From Isurus oxyrinchus (taxonomy: Eukaryota): a DNA stretch of 64,000 nucleotides. Position numbers and translations under genes: made by a program. Below are positions 38,478-51,037 of this stretch, in pieces. The stretch covers positions 24,056,001 through 24,120,000 of the forward strand of contig JANJGN010000006.1 in assembly GCA_026770705.1 (NCBI GenBank), written 5' to 3'. Below the pieces are notes generated by a model, which was not told the DNA's origin, did no database searches, and saw only the letters and a list, made by a program, of their open reading frames with translations. Within the stretch, counting starts at the first letter, position 1; each line of letters begins with the position of its first letter.

Positions 38478-39015
38478 GGGCAGGATTTCCCGTTCGGCGA
38501 GCAGGAGGCGGGACCCGCACGGTGACGCGTGAAATGACACGGGATGGCACCGGGCGGAACTCCTGACGTCAACCCGCCTCATTTCAATTTTCAGGTCAGC
38601 AGGGGCGCAGCTGAATCAGCTGTGCACCCACCGACCTGTCAACGGCCAATTGAGGCCATCGACAAAGAAATTGAGCTAGTTAAAGGACCTGCCCATCCAA
38701 CCTGTGTCACATGAGGAGACATGTCAGGGAAATCTTATTTTTCTGTTTTTAACATTTTTGAATTTGACGCCAATCCCCCTGAGGCAGTGCTTAGCCTCAG
38801 GGAGATGAGTGCGCTCTTTTGGAGGCTTAAAGAATCCCCCCACCTGCACAGGGAGTACATAGCACTTCCTGGTGGACGTCACGCTGGGCGGGCCTTAATT
38901 GGCCCGCCCATGTAAAAAAGCGGCATGCCCCCGATTGGGGATGCCGATCAGAGGTGCGCCTCCATGCACCAGTTCCTGAACTCCCCCCCCATCCAATAAG
39001 GGGAAAATTCTGCCC
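38478..39015. mobile_element. Harbinger-type MITE
   Basis: TIRs GGGCAGGATTT...AAATTCTGCCC with a perfect 3-bp TSD ATG. Confidence 0.9.
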
Positions 39016-39680
39016 ATGACATTTCCCTGCCATTTTAACAAAGGATTTAAATCATTTAAAATAAATGGGTTAACGCTTTTATGTTCAAAGACCATAAAGT
39101 ACCCTATTGGGCCTATGAAAAAAGCACCTAATGTCTTGGCCTCTCCTGCCAGATGTATGACTATATTTCTATAGACTAAAGGGAAATATTGCAGCAAAGC
39201 CCCCATCAGGCTTCACACAAGCATGTTAATGCATTTGTATGCTTTTGAGCACACAGCATAATTTCTGCTGTCATGTTTGGGTTCCGGTTAATAATTCTTC
39301 ATCAGCAAATTCAGATGTCAAGGCAAGATTAAATTCTGGTAACAGCTTTGCTGTAATATTTTTCTTTTGCCTAGAGAAATATAGTCATACAGCTGGCAGT
39401 AGAATTTGAGACATTAGATGCTTTTTCATTGGCCTGTTAGAGTACTTTATGGTCTTTAAACCTAAATGATTTAATGGGGTTGAAGTTTAAGAGAAAAGGG
39501 TAGCAGATAATGTGCTTTATTTTATGTTGTCCAGTGGAAGTAAAAGAGATGTAAAATCATGCTTATGTATATTCAGAATTTTAAATAACCTTAATAGACC
39601 TACTGACAAATAAGTCCCATTGACTGTATTCATTTCTTCAATTTTAGTCAAAATGAAACTTCAAAGTAATGAAAATATTG

Positions 39681-39835
39681 CAATACAAAAGCAAAATACT
39701 GCGGACTCTGAAATAAAACAAAAAATGCTGGAAATACTCAGCAGAAAGTTTCACTGACCTGAAAGGTTAACTTTGATTTACTCTCCACGGACACTGCCTG
39801 ACCTGCTGAGTATTTTCAGCATTTTCGGTTTTTTA
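39681..39835. mobile_element. Fold-back Penelope-like pLTR remnant
   Basis: Inverted 'aaaatgctggaaatactcagcag' / 'ctgctgagtattttcagcatttt', hammerhead 3' half 'tcactgacctgaaaggttaac', imperfect TSD taatgaaa(a/c)t(a/g)ttg. Confidence 0.7.
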
Positions 39836-40394
39836 TAATGAAACTGTTGGTTGATTGAAATCAGAAGTCGCAAAAAGCAGAATAACGCTGTAGGTTGGGG
39901 TTGAATTAAACACTTTTATCGTGCTAACGGGATGTTTCTCATTGAAAGGAAATTTGTCATAATATACACTGGTGCTTAAAAAAGCTGCCACCAAACTTGT
40001 TCAATGTGGCAACAAGCCACCTTTAGTCAACACACTGAAGTGCAAAGGAAGTTTATTTTTTGCTTATTACTGGATCGACAAAAATATCGATACGTAAGAA
40101 GAAAATACAGATTTTAATATGATTGCGGCTAGACCTTGCATTGTTAGCCGTTCATTCTGTGGGCTAAATCAAATACAGATTTTACACAAAGCTGCAGACC
40201 TTGACAATAAATCAGCAACATTATTTGATTTTATTGTAGGTTGGTTCAGGATAATAATTCATCCTTATAAAGATGAAAAATGCCAACATATTTGAAATGA
40301 TGGCCATTGCCTCCACTTGCAGGACAGGCAACAATAGCATAGAAATCTAACGTTTCTAAATTGTTTCTCTGAAATGGATAGTGAGGTAAGACTT

Positions 40395-40572
40395 TGAGTG
40401 CTGTAAATGATGCTATGTAAGTAAACACGGAGCAATGACCCACAAACAGCAATGAGTCGAATGATCTCTATAAGAAATCTATTTGTCTTTGAATTGTGCC
40501 ATGGGATCTCTAATAGCCGGAGGGAGGCAGGACCTCTGTTTAATGTCTCATCCAAGGGATATTACCTCTGAC
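40395..40572 (-). mobile_element. DeuSINE fragment
   Basis: 'cccacaaacagcaatg...gtgccatgggatct...tttaatgtctcatcc' matches 23060-23240. Confidence 0.6.
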
Positions 40573-40573
40573 G

Positions 40574-41290
40574 AGGGGATTATAGCCTAGTGGTCTTGTT
40601 GCTGGACTAATACCTCAGAGGCCCAGAGCTCACATTCCCACCATGGCAAGTTGTGAAAGCAAATTCCAAATTGAAACAAAACCTGGTAATTAGAGTCAGT
40701 AAATGACCATGAATTCCAGGGGTTAGCTGTAAAAGCCTAATTAGTCCACTACAAAGGGAACCTGTCACCCTTGCCTGATCTACTGTACATGTGACTCCAG
40801 TTACATACTATGGTTGACTTTTAATGTGCTCAATGCAACCAGAATACTGCCTTGCCAATGACATCCATACACTGTAAGCAATAATAAAAGGGGGAGGTGG
40901 TGGTGTAGTGGTAATGCCACTTGACTAGTTATCCAGGGGCCCAGGTCAATGCTGTGGGGGCACAGGTTCAAATCCCACCATAGCAGCTGGTGGAGTTTGA
41001 ATCTAATAAAATCTGGAATTGAAAAGCTAATCTTGGTAAAGGTGATCAAGAAACCATTGTCAATTGTAAAAAATCCATCTGGTTCACTAATATCCTTCAG
41101 GGAAGGCGATCTGCCATCTTTACCCAGTCTGGCCTACATGTGACTCCAGATCCACAACTAATATGGTTGACCTCTTACCTGTTGTCTGAAATGGCCAAGT
41201 ATGTCACTCTGCTCAAGGACACTTGTGGATGGGCAACAAATGCTGGCCTTGTTAGTGATGCCTACACACCATCACAAAATAGAGAAAAAA
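40574..41290 (+). mobile_element. Two head-to-tail tRNA-derived SINEs (40574-40890 older, 40891-41290 younger)
   Basis: Both have 'tagtggt...gacta..' heads and 'acatgtgactccag' cores. The second has B-box ggttcaaatccc and an A-rich tail. Confidence 0.75.
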
Positions 41291-41993
41291 ATGCATTATG
41301 TTGTAATATGCCTTTAAAGGGATATCAGCATGACATCACTGGAAAGGAAGTGTATCATACAATGCAGATTTAATTTCCTTTCTCAGACCCCTAACACCCA
41401 CATATTCCTTCATGTAGCAAAGGACGATGGGCGGAATTGTCCCAGATTTGCACTAAGTTCAGTAGCAGGCATGAAAAAAGATGTTTTACCCGCCAGCCGC
41501 AAAGGCGGATTTTCGAGCTGTATCGTCCCTTTCCCGCCTCATTAATTATGCAGTTAGAGAAAACATGCCAAGTCGCAGGCGGCCAGCCTCTGATGTGCCC
41601 GTCATGCCGTTACATTGCCACTTGCTCATTCAGGGCGCCATATTTAAACTGCAGCCGCGTGCACGCTTCTCAATGCTTGCAGCCCAGGGCTGCTCCAGTG
41701 AAGACTGCAGCCCTCTGATTCGGTGATGCATCCCTGAGTTGTCTTTAGGATGCTGTGGAGGCCCGGTGCAATGTCCTCTACCCCCACTCTGGCCGCAGGA
41801 GGCCCATCAATCTCACCACTCCGGCTTGGGAGGCGGTGGCAGAGGTGGTCAGTGCCAATGATGCACACAAGAGGTTATACAGAAATAGGAACCGTGTCAC
41901 CAGGGTAAATCAACCATCACATCACTCTCAACTCACACACTCTCAAGCCCTTCACGCATTCACTAGCATCTCACTCACTGCCAACTCAAGGGA

Positions 41994-42438
41994 CATCACC
42001 TGGGAGAGAAATGGAAAGCAATGAAGGTGTTTTTGTTTTTGTTTCAGATTTCCAGCTTCCGCAGTATTTTGCTTTTACCTTGGTGTTCAATTGACCGCCA
42101 CTTCTCTTCCAGGAATGCTTACCTTGAAGAACTATTGCTCTTCTCTCTAACAGGATTTCCATTTGTCTCTTTTGCCCTGTTCATCTTCATTGCTTTCGAT
42201 TTCTCTCCTGGTGACATCTTTGGCAATCTCTTCTTTGCCTCCACCTATCACTGGCCCTCTATCCAGCTCTACCTGTCCCACCCCCCTCAACCAGCTTATA
42301 TTTCACCTAATTTCTCTATTCCCTTAGTTCTGATGAAGAATCATACGGACTCGAAACGTCAACTGTATCCCTCTCCGCAGATGCTGTCAGACCTGCTGAG
42401 TTTTTCCAGCTCTTTGTGTTTTTGTTTTTGTTTCAGAC
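41994..42438 (+). mobile_element. Penelope-like insertion with inverted 5' piece and hammerhead-containing pLTR
   Basis: Homologous to the reverse complement of 29389-29700. 41994-42029 is an inverted copy of 42183-42214. Confidence 0.8.
42326..42364 (+). ncRNA. Minimal type I hammerhead ribozyme
   Basis: AGUU-CUGAUGA-A-GAAUC-auacg-GACUC-GAAA-C-GUC/AACU: stem I AGUU/AACU, core CUGAUGA and GAAA, GUC cleavage triplet, palindromic ACGU in place of stem III. Confidence 0.8.
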
Positions 42439-42512
42439 ATCCTATGATTGTATGGGACTGCTGCTTGCAACACCATCTGCCCCAGGTCCCTGATGGAAAA
42501 GGGGAGGACGCC

Positions 42513-45500
42513 ATAAGATCATAAGACCATAAGACAAAGGAGCAGAAATTAGGCCATTTGGCCCATCGCGTCTGCTCCGCCATTCAATCATGGCTGATAA
42601 GTTTAAAACCCCATTCTCCCACCTTCTCCCCGTAACCTTCGATCCCCTTACCAGTCAAGAACCTATCTATCTCGGTCTTAAATACACTCAATGACCTGGC
42701 CTCCACAGCCTTCTGTGGCAATGAATTCAATAGATTCATCGCTCTCTGGTTAAAGAAGTTTCTCCTCATCTCTGTTCTAAAAGGTCTTCCCTTTACTCTG
42801 AGGCTGTGCTCTCGGGTCCTGGTCTCTCCTACTAATGGAAACATCTTCCCCACATCCACTCTATCCTTTCAGTATTCTGTAAGTTTCAATCAGATTCCCC
42901 CTTATCCTTCTAAACTCCATCGAGTATAGACCCAGAGTCCTCAAACGTTTCTCATATGTTAAGCCTTTCATTCCTGGGATCGTTCTCGTGAGCCTCCTCT
43001 GGACCCTCTCCAGGGCCAGCACATCCTTCCTGAGATACGGGGCCCAAAATTGCTCACAATATTCTAAATGTGGTCTGACCAGAGTCTTATAAAGCCTCAG
43101 CAGCACATCCCTGCTTTTATATTCTAGTCCTCTCGAAATAAATGCCAACATTGCATTTGCCTTCCTAACTACCGACTCAACCTGCAAGTTAACCTTAAGA
43201 GAATCCTGGACTAGGACTCCAAAGTCCCTTTGCACTCCAGATTTCTGAATTCTCTCCACATTTAGAAAATAGTCAATGCCTCTATTCTTCCAACCAAAGT
43301 GCATGACCTCACACTTGCCCACGTTGTATTCCATCTGCCACTTCATTGCCCATTCGCCTAGCCTGTCCAAATCCTTCTGCAGCCTCCCTGCCTCCTCAAT
43401 ACTACCTGTCCCTCCACCTATCTTTGTATCATCTGCAAACTTAGCCAGGATGCCCGCAGTTCCTTCATCTAGATCATTAATGTATAAAGTGAAAAGTTGT
43501 GCTCCCAACACTGACCCCTGCGGAACTCCACTAGTCACCGGTCGCCATCCTGAGAAGGACCCCCTTATCCCCACTCTCTGCCTCCTGCCAGACAGCCAAT
43601 CTTCTATCCATGCTAATACCTTGCCTCTAACACCATGGGCTCTTATCTTACTGAGCAGCCTTCTGTGCAGCACCTTGTCAAAGGCCTTCTGGAAGTCCAA
43701 GTAGATAACATCCATTGGCTCTCCTTTGTCTAACCTACTCTTTATCTCCTCAAAGAATTCTAACAGATTTGTCAGGCATGACCTCCCCTTGATGAACCCA
43801 TGCTGACTTTGCCCTATTTTACCATGCACTTCCAAGCATTCTGAAATCTCATCCTTAATAATGGACTCTAAAATCTTACCAACAACCGAGGTCAGGCTAA
43901 TCGGCCTGTAATTTCCCGTCTTTTGAGTCATTCCCTTCTTAAACAGGGGGGTTACATTAGCAATTTTCCAGTCCTCTGGGACCCTCCCTGACCTGAGTGA
44001 TTCTTGAAAGATCACCACTAACTTCACTATCGCTTCAGCTATCTCCTTCAGAACTCTGGGGTGTAATCCATCTGGTCCAGGTGGTTTATCCACCTTCAGA
44101 CCTTTCTGTTTTCCTAGCACCTTTTCCTTGGTAATGGCCACCATACTCAACTCTGTTCCCCGATTCTCTTGAACTTTGGGGATGTTACTCATGTCTTCCA
44201 CTGTGAAGACTGACTATTCAGTTCCTCCGCCATTTCTTTGTTCCCCACTACTACTTCTCCAGATCATTTTCCAGCGGCCCAAAGTCCACTTTTGCCTCTC
44301 TCTTACCCTTTATATATCTAAAAAAGCTCTTGCAATCTTCTTTTATATTACTGGCTAGTTTACCCTCATATTTAATCTTCTCCCTCCTTATTTATTTTTC
44401 AGTTGTCCTCTGTTGGTCTTTGTAGGCTTCCCAATCCCCTGGTTTCCTACTGCTCTTTGCCACATTGTATGCTTTCTCTTTAGCTTTTATGCTGTCCCTG
44501 ACTTCCCTTGTCATCCATGGTTGCCTCATCCTCCCTTTGGTATGCTTCTTCTTCCTCAGGATGAATTTTTGCTGTGTCTCCCAAATTACTCCCAGGAACT
44601 CCTGCCATTGCTGTTCCACTGTCTTTCCTGCTAGGCTCATCTCCCAGTCAATTCTGGCCAGCTCCTCCCCCATGCCTCTGTAATTGCCTTTATTCAATTG
44701 TAATACCGTTACATCTGATTCCAGCTTTTTCCTTTCAAAATTGCATGGTAAATTCTATCATATTATGGTTACTTCCTCCTAAGGGTTCCTTCACCTTAAG
44801 CTCCCTTATCAAATCTGCCTCATTACAAATCACTAAATCTAGAATTGCCTGTTCCCTAGTGGGCTCCACCACAAGCTGCTCCAAAAAGCCATCTCGTAGA
44901 CGTTCCACAAATTCCTTTTCTTGGGATCCATTGCCAACCTGATTTTCCCAGTCTACCTGCATATTGAAATCCCCCATGATCACTGTAACCTTGCCTTTCT
45001 TACACACCTTTTCTATCTCCTGGTGTATCTTGTGCCCCACATCCTGACTACTGTTCGGAGGCCTGTACATAACTCCCATTATAGTTTTTTTCACCTTTGC
45101 GCTTCCTCAACTCTACCCACACAGATTCTACATCATCTGACCCACGTCATTTCTTGCTATCGATTTAATTTCATTTCTTACTAACAAAGCAACCCCACCC
45201 CCTCTGCCAACCTGCCTATCTTTTCGATAGGATATATCCTTGGATATTTAGCTCCCAGTCCTGATCCCCTTGGAGCCATGTCTCCGTGATGCCCACCACA
45301 TCATACCTGCCAATTTCAATCTGTGCCACAAGCTCATTTACCTTATTTTGTATACTACGTGCATTCAGAAACAACACCTTCAGTCCTGTATTTCCCGACC
45401 CATTCTCATTGTCGTCCCTTTATCTGATGTGTTTGAAGTTAGATTCCAAGCCCTTTCCAAACACTCTGTCCTATTTTGTGATCTGGGGACTTTAATAGCC

Positions 45501-45731
45501 TCTCCTGGGCTTTCCTTTCTTTTCAGTTTTTACATAACTTTCCATGAAATTGAATCCAACCCCCCATACGCTAACCTACTGCTTTGTTTCCCATTAGTCA
45601 TACTTCTTGGAGTTTTACCCTTCCCTTCCCCCCCACTTTCTAGTTTAAAATCCTGTTGACCACCCTATTTACCTTTGTTGCTAGAACTTTGGTCCCAGAT
45701 CAGTTCAGGTGGAGACCGTCCCAACAGTACA
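42513..45731 (-). mobile_element. CR1 LINE: end of ORF1 (SGNH esterase DGLHLN), whole ORF2 region (frameshifted), 3' tail
   Basis: YRPPNS, MGDFN, ILDLV, SNHNMIEF and a full RT. Tail (cataagac)n on +, TSD-like gacgcc/gacacc. Confidence 0.97.
42861..44201 (-). pseudogene. CR1 reverse transcriptase domain, 446-aa uninterrupted segment
   Basis: NYRPISLTS, QHGF, YLDFQKAFDKV, SGVPQGSVLG, KFADDTK. Flanking ORF2 parts are in other frames. Confidence 0.95.
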
Positions 45732-48324
45732 GACACCTCCTTAGAGGGCTCCCCACTGGGGACCTCCACTGTCGGGTGGCAACAAGGCACACCAGGGCAA
45801 TCTTTTGTCCCAGGAGAAGTTGACGAGAATTCTCTGGACTTTTGTGACAAAGTCCAGGGGAAGGGTGAAAGTGACCAGCCGGTACCACAACATGGTGGCA
45901 ATCAGCTGGTTTATGACCAGCACTCCACCCCGGAAGACAGGACATGGAGCAGTCCTGTCCAGTGCCGCAGGCGAGTGGTGACTTTGACCTCCAGCTCCTG
46001 CCAGTTCGCCGGCCAGGATTCCTCAGCAGGGCAGAGGTGGACTCCCAGGTAGAGGAGGCTGGTCCTGCTCCAGGTGAAAGGCCTGAGCTCCTCGGGTAGA
46101 GGATCCACCTACCACTGGCCGAACAGGAGTCCAGATCATTTACCCTCGTTGATCCTGGCAGAAGATGTGGCAGAGAAGACCTCCTGACACTTGCACATCC
46201 TCCGCAGGTCAACCAGGTCATTAAACATGAGGAGCATGTCATTGGCGTAAGCCGAAAGGACCACCCCAATGCCCGGCCCACACAGAACCAATCCCGACAA
46301 CCTCCTCCGCAAGAGGCACAGGAAAGGCTCCACGCAGATAGAATACAACTGGCCAGACAGGGGGCAGCCCTGACGCACCCCTTTCCAAAAGTGAAGGAGC
46401 ACCGTCAGGGACCCGTTAACCTTAACTAGACACTCTGCTGCAGTGTACAGAAGTTGGATCCGGGCGACAAAATGTGTCCTGAACCTGAATGCTGACAGAG
46501 CCCTGAATAAATATTCACGATTCACCCTGTCAAACACCTTTTCCTGGTCAAGAGACAGGAAGGCGCTCAACAGACCAGCCCTCTGGGAATAGTGAATGGT
46601 GTCCCGGACCAGATGGAAGTTATCAAAAATGATGCAGCCCGGGATCGTGTAGGACTGGTCAGGGTGGATGATGTGGTCCAGCACGGTGCCAAGGTGAGAA
46701 GACCTGGCAAAAATCTTGTAATCTGTGCTGAGGAGGACGCCAGTTCTTAAGGTGGTGGCGATCCTACTTCTTAGGCAGCAGGACAATGACTGCTCTGCAC
46801 CACGAAAGGGGCATCTCCCCGGTAGCGATACTCTCCCCCAGGACCCCCGCGTAGTTACTCCCCAGGATGTCCCAGAACACCCCGAAGAACTCCACAGTCA
46901 GCCCATCCAGCCCCGGGGATTTGCCCCTGGAGAGGCTGTTGAGGGCACTGGTCAACTCCCCCAGGCTTATAGGGGAGTCAAGCTTTCTGGCGCCCTCCGG
47001 GCTGACCTGCGGCAGGTCCTCCCACAAAACTCTGCGAGCATCCTCGCTGGACGTATCCGGGGAGAACAGGGCAATGTAATAGTCTCGGGCGATGGCCCTG
47101 ATGCCCCCCAGATCTAAGACAAGGGATCCATCGTCAGCCAGCAGCGTAAGGAGCTGCTGATGGACCCTGTGCCATTTTTCCAGTGAGTAGAAGAAAGAGG
47201 AGCCGCGGTCCAGCTCCTGGAGGAACCGGATCTGTGACCTCACGTATGCGTCCCGAGACCCGACGAGTTGCAGGTCCCGCAGCGCGCCCTTCTTCTCATC
47301 GTACACCGACCACAGGGCCGGGTCCGCGTCGGGCTGACGGAGACGTGCCTCCAGGTCGAGCACCTCCTTCTCCAACTCCTCGACCCTGTATTTGCACCTG
47401 TTTGTCAACCCCCTCACATACTCCTGTCAAAAAACGTAGATGTGGGTCTTGCCCATGTCTCAGCATAGCCTTGAGGAGGGGGACCCTCCCTGCTTCCCTC
47501 TCCAGCCGGCCCAGAATTGACAAAACGAGTCCAGGAACCGCTCATCCTCCAGCAGCAGGTTGTTAAAGGGCCAGTACGCGGACCCTGTCCGAGTGCAGAA
47601 TGGAGTGAGCTCCGCCCATACCAGACAGTGGTCTGTGCATGCCACCCACCACACAGAAGCCGACGGAATGCAGGACACGTATGCCCTCGAAATGTAAAGA
47701 TGGTCAAGTCTGGACGCTCCTACTCCAGGTGAAAACAGTGAAAACGCTGGAGTCAGGATGGAGATGTCACCAGATGGCCACCATGTCAAGGGAACTGTCC
47801 AGGTCCAGGTAACTTACTCACACCCAGTGTGCGGTGCTGGGTACCGAGATGGTCCCTGGCCTCGAGGGTACAGTTGAAATCCTCCCCGAGGATGATGCAC
47901 TTGCCCAACTCGATGGAGCCAAGATGACTGAACAATTCCTCAAAGAAGCTCGCTTGCTGCTGCGCGCCCAGGGGAGGGTACACATTCACAAAGTGAATCG
48001 CTGTGCCCCCTCCCCGCCCCAGGCGCACAGTCAGGTGCAGCAACCGGCCTGGCACCGGCTCCTTGACCCCCAAGATCTCCGGCTGAAAATATGGGGCCAA
48101 CAAGATAGCCACCCCGCCAGAATTGGAGGCTAGGTGACTCATGTAGACCCCTCCTCCCGGAGCCACGTACCTTTGTCTCCCAGAACGGTATGGGTTTCCT
48201 GCAGGAAGCACAACGCATACTTTCTGTCCTTGAGGACTGAGAGGTTCTGGAACCTGCGCTGTGCGTCCCTGCTGCTGTGGATGTTGATGCTGGCATTGTC
48301 AGAAGTACGTGCTACCATCACCAT
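45732..48324 (-). pseudogene. Tx1 ORF2 (APE endonuclease plus RT), frameshifted
   Basis: CFLQETH, SGGVAIL, ILGEDFN, SRLDHLYIS, TDH, KSPGLDGLTVEFF, DYKIFA, SLDQEKVFDRV, GVRQGCPLSG, AYANDM (YADD mutated). Confidence 0.95.
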
Positions 48325-48351
48325 GCCTAGTGTAAGAGGGAGAGGACTATT

Positions 48352-50020
48352 TTAATCCTTCCTCTCCTCTAGGAGCCCAGCGAGAAATGTGTGGGCCCTC
48401 CCCTTTGTACTCCCGTCCAGCCCAGGGTCTTTCAGGGCCTTGTTGTTGGACCAGAACACCAGCGGATACGAATGCCACCAGTCCAGGGCCAACTGGACTC
48501 TGCCTCGGAGACCGTGATTGTTCGCTAAGATTTCTTGGCGTTCCCATACAGGGATGAGGGTAGAATCGATGGTGGGGGGCCACCGGGGATCCACCACCTC
48601 ACCCGATAATTACTCCAAGTTGTCCCTGGTGCTCACCGCCAAAACCCCGTCCTTCTCCAGGTCGTCACCTCCAGGTTCCCACCCCTTCCCCGTCTTGAGC
48701 ACAGGGGCTGGTTTGGAGCTCCAGTCGGCTCCACCTCCACCTCGATCCCACCCCCAGGATCAAGGCCAGAAGGAGGTCTCCTTTCGGGACTCTGGGTCAG
48801 AGGGTGGCAGCATCTCAGAGACCCGATCCTCCCCCAGGCACCGGATCGCCAGGCGAATCCAAGAAACGATCCGGGCCCAAACCAGTAGCGCCAGGCACCA
48901 AAGGCTGAGACGGAGCGGTGGAGGCCTTCCTCGCCACCCCCACCAAATGACCCAGCGGTTGGGGAATCACCGCGTTCCCCCAGCGGGCCGGATGACATCT
49001 CGGGGGTGTAGGGTGGGTCAGGCTGGGGCGTCGCCTCAAGGGCAATACCCTCACCCACCCCCGAGGGGCCCTACTCAGGGGACAGCAGCAAAGAATCAGG
49101 GAGTTGGGCTCCCCCCCTCCCAAGAGGGCAGAGCGAGGATTTACGGGGCAGAGACACCACCAGCTCTTCACTGGGGAAGGAAACAAATATACCTCACGAG
49201 TCGTGAGATCCTTCTCCCTCTGAGGCATGGTGCCTATTCCGGGGCAGGCTGGTGGCTGGCAAGACCTCCACCTGCGAGGCCCCCCGCTGCCTCATCCAGC
49301 CCCTCCGGATGCTCTGCCCCCTGGGGATTGGGCAGGTCCACCCTCTTTCACGGGACCAGCGGCTCGGGGTGGCGCGCCCCATAGTCGCTGGACCCGGGAA
49401 CCTGCGCAGGGATGACGCCGGACGCAGCACATGGCGCTGAGGCACACACAGGCCCGAGGGCACATGCTTCATGATGCCCCGGCCAGATGATGTTTCTTCC
49501 CCCAGAGCCGGTGTCTTCGGGGGTTTGGGGTTCAGTGTGGGTTTGAGAGGTTTGGAGGTCTGGGGATGGGGGGGGGGCACCTCTGGGTGACGGGTCTCCA
49601 TCCTTATTCCAGCGTGAGGTTCTCCCCCCACCACCACCCCCCCCCCACCCAAATTCTCGCCAGCAGCCGAGATGGCAGTGACTGCCTACGGCACCTCCTC
49701 TTGCGGGGAGGAAGATGGAGTGGGGGTGGGGGGGTGGGGGGGGGGGGGGGAAGAGGAGCAGCAGTGCCAGCCGCGGCGGCCTGGGTGATGCTGGCGGCCT
49801 TGGAGGCGGGGGGGGGGCAGTGCTTCCTCATGTGCCCCCACCCCCATTGCAGGCGTGGCACCACACGCCATCCGCCAACCAAAAGCTGTGGTAGGTGGGC
49901 CCCTCAAGGGTCATATCAAAGAGCCTTTCTGTGCAGCCCTGCTGGGCCAGGCCTACAACAACCAGACGCCGGAAGGAGTACACATGACGGAGGCTGACCT
50001 CCTTTAGGTCGAGCGGGATT

Positions 50021-50058
<38 letters not shown>

Positions 50059-50450
50059 ACCCCCCCCCTCCGACCTCACCTCCCCCAGCTGACAAAGGTG
50101 GGGGAGGAGGAGCTCATCAGGGATAATGTGGAGCCTCTGGGTGGTGGTCTCCAGAGGGTCCTCCGCCCACCGTGCGCTTCTTTGCTCGGCCTGTAAAAGA
50201 ATATGGCCTTCCCGCGCATTTCCAAGGCTGCGACTATGGCTGAGGGGCCGACAACCTCAGCCAGAGCCTTCACACAGACCCCAACGCTCATCGTGGGGTG
50301 GGTGTAGCACTGATGGATCAGCAATTTAAATGGTGATGGGACCACTGAAGAGGCCACGCAACCCCCCCCCCCCCCCCCACCCCCGCAGAGGTGGCCAGGG
50401 CGGGCCCTGCCTCTGGCAGAGATGGTGCTACGCCCACTCCGATACAGGTG
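48352..50450 (-). pseudogene. Tx1 ORF1 (gag-like, CCHC knuckle), frameshifted
   Basis: CVKALAEVVGPSAIVAA..GKAIFF, LRHVYSFRR, and CHAC..G.HMRKHCP across a frameshift. Confidence 0.8.
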
Positions 50451-51037
50451 ACATACACAGGACAAACAGAGCGAATGGGGAGTGGGAGCAGGGGGAGCGG
50501 GAGCGAGAGGGAGAGGGGGAGACAGAGGGGACACAGGCAGGCAGGTGCCCCAATGTTTCCTGAGGTGTGTTGGAGGGTGCGGGGGGGTCTGATGTTCTGC
50601 TGCAGGGGGAGAGCTTTCCCTTGGGCATTCCCTTGGAATGATGGTAGATGTCCTTGGCTGCAGCAGGCTGTGGGCAGCACTAGCTAGCCCAGACGAGGAA
50701 AGGGAGGGCAGAGCGGGCTGCAGATTTTCTTTTCCACTTTTAAAACTCACTCAGTTACTACCCTCCCTTCCTTCCCACCGCCTGCAGCCAATCAATCAGT
50801 TGCAGTTCTTTTCTCCCCCAGGCACCCACCTCTGGCACAGCAAAAACTCCTACCTGTCCGGCTGGAGTTGTATCCCCTCCTCTCCGGCTCTCTCCAGACT
50901 CCCACCCCCAGGCTCTTCAGGCCTTGCAAGCCCCCACCCTGCAGCAGCAGCAAGAAAGAAAATGTCCAACTTCCCAAACTCCTTTTCTCCTCCGTATGAG
51001 GTGAAGGTCACCAAAAACTCCAAACCAGCAACTACAA

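Noticed and set aside
48518-49384. 288-aa + strand ORF
   Set aside because: Antisense to the GC-rich Tx1 ORF1 region, with low-complexity composition.
49715-50390. Long poly-G and poly-C runs as functional G-quadruplexes (also 35441-35490)
   Set aside because: Homopolymer expansions inside TE remnants; lengths may be sequencing-inflated and there is no evidence of function.
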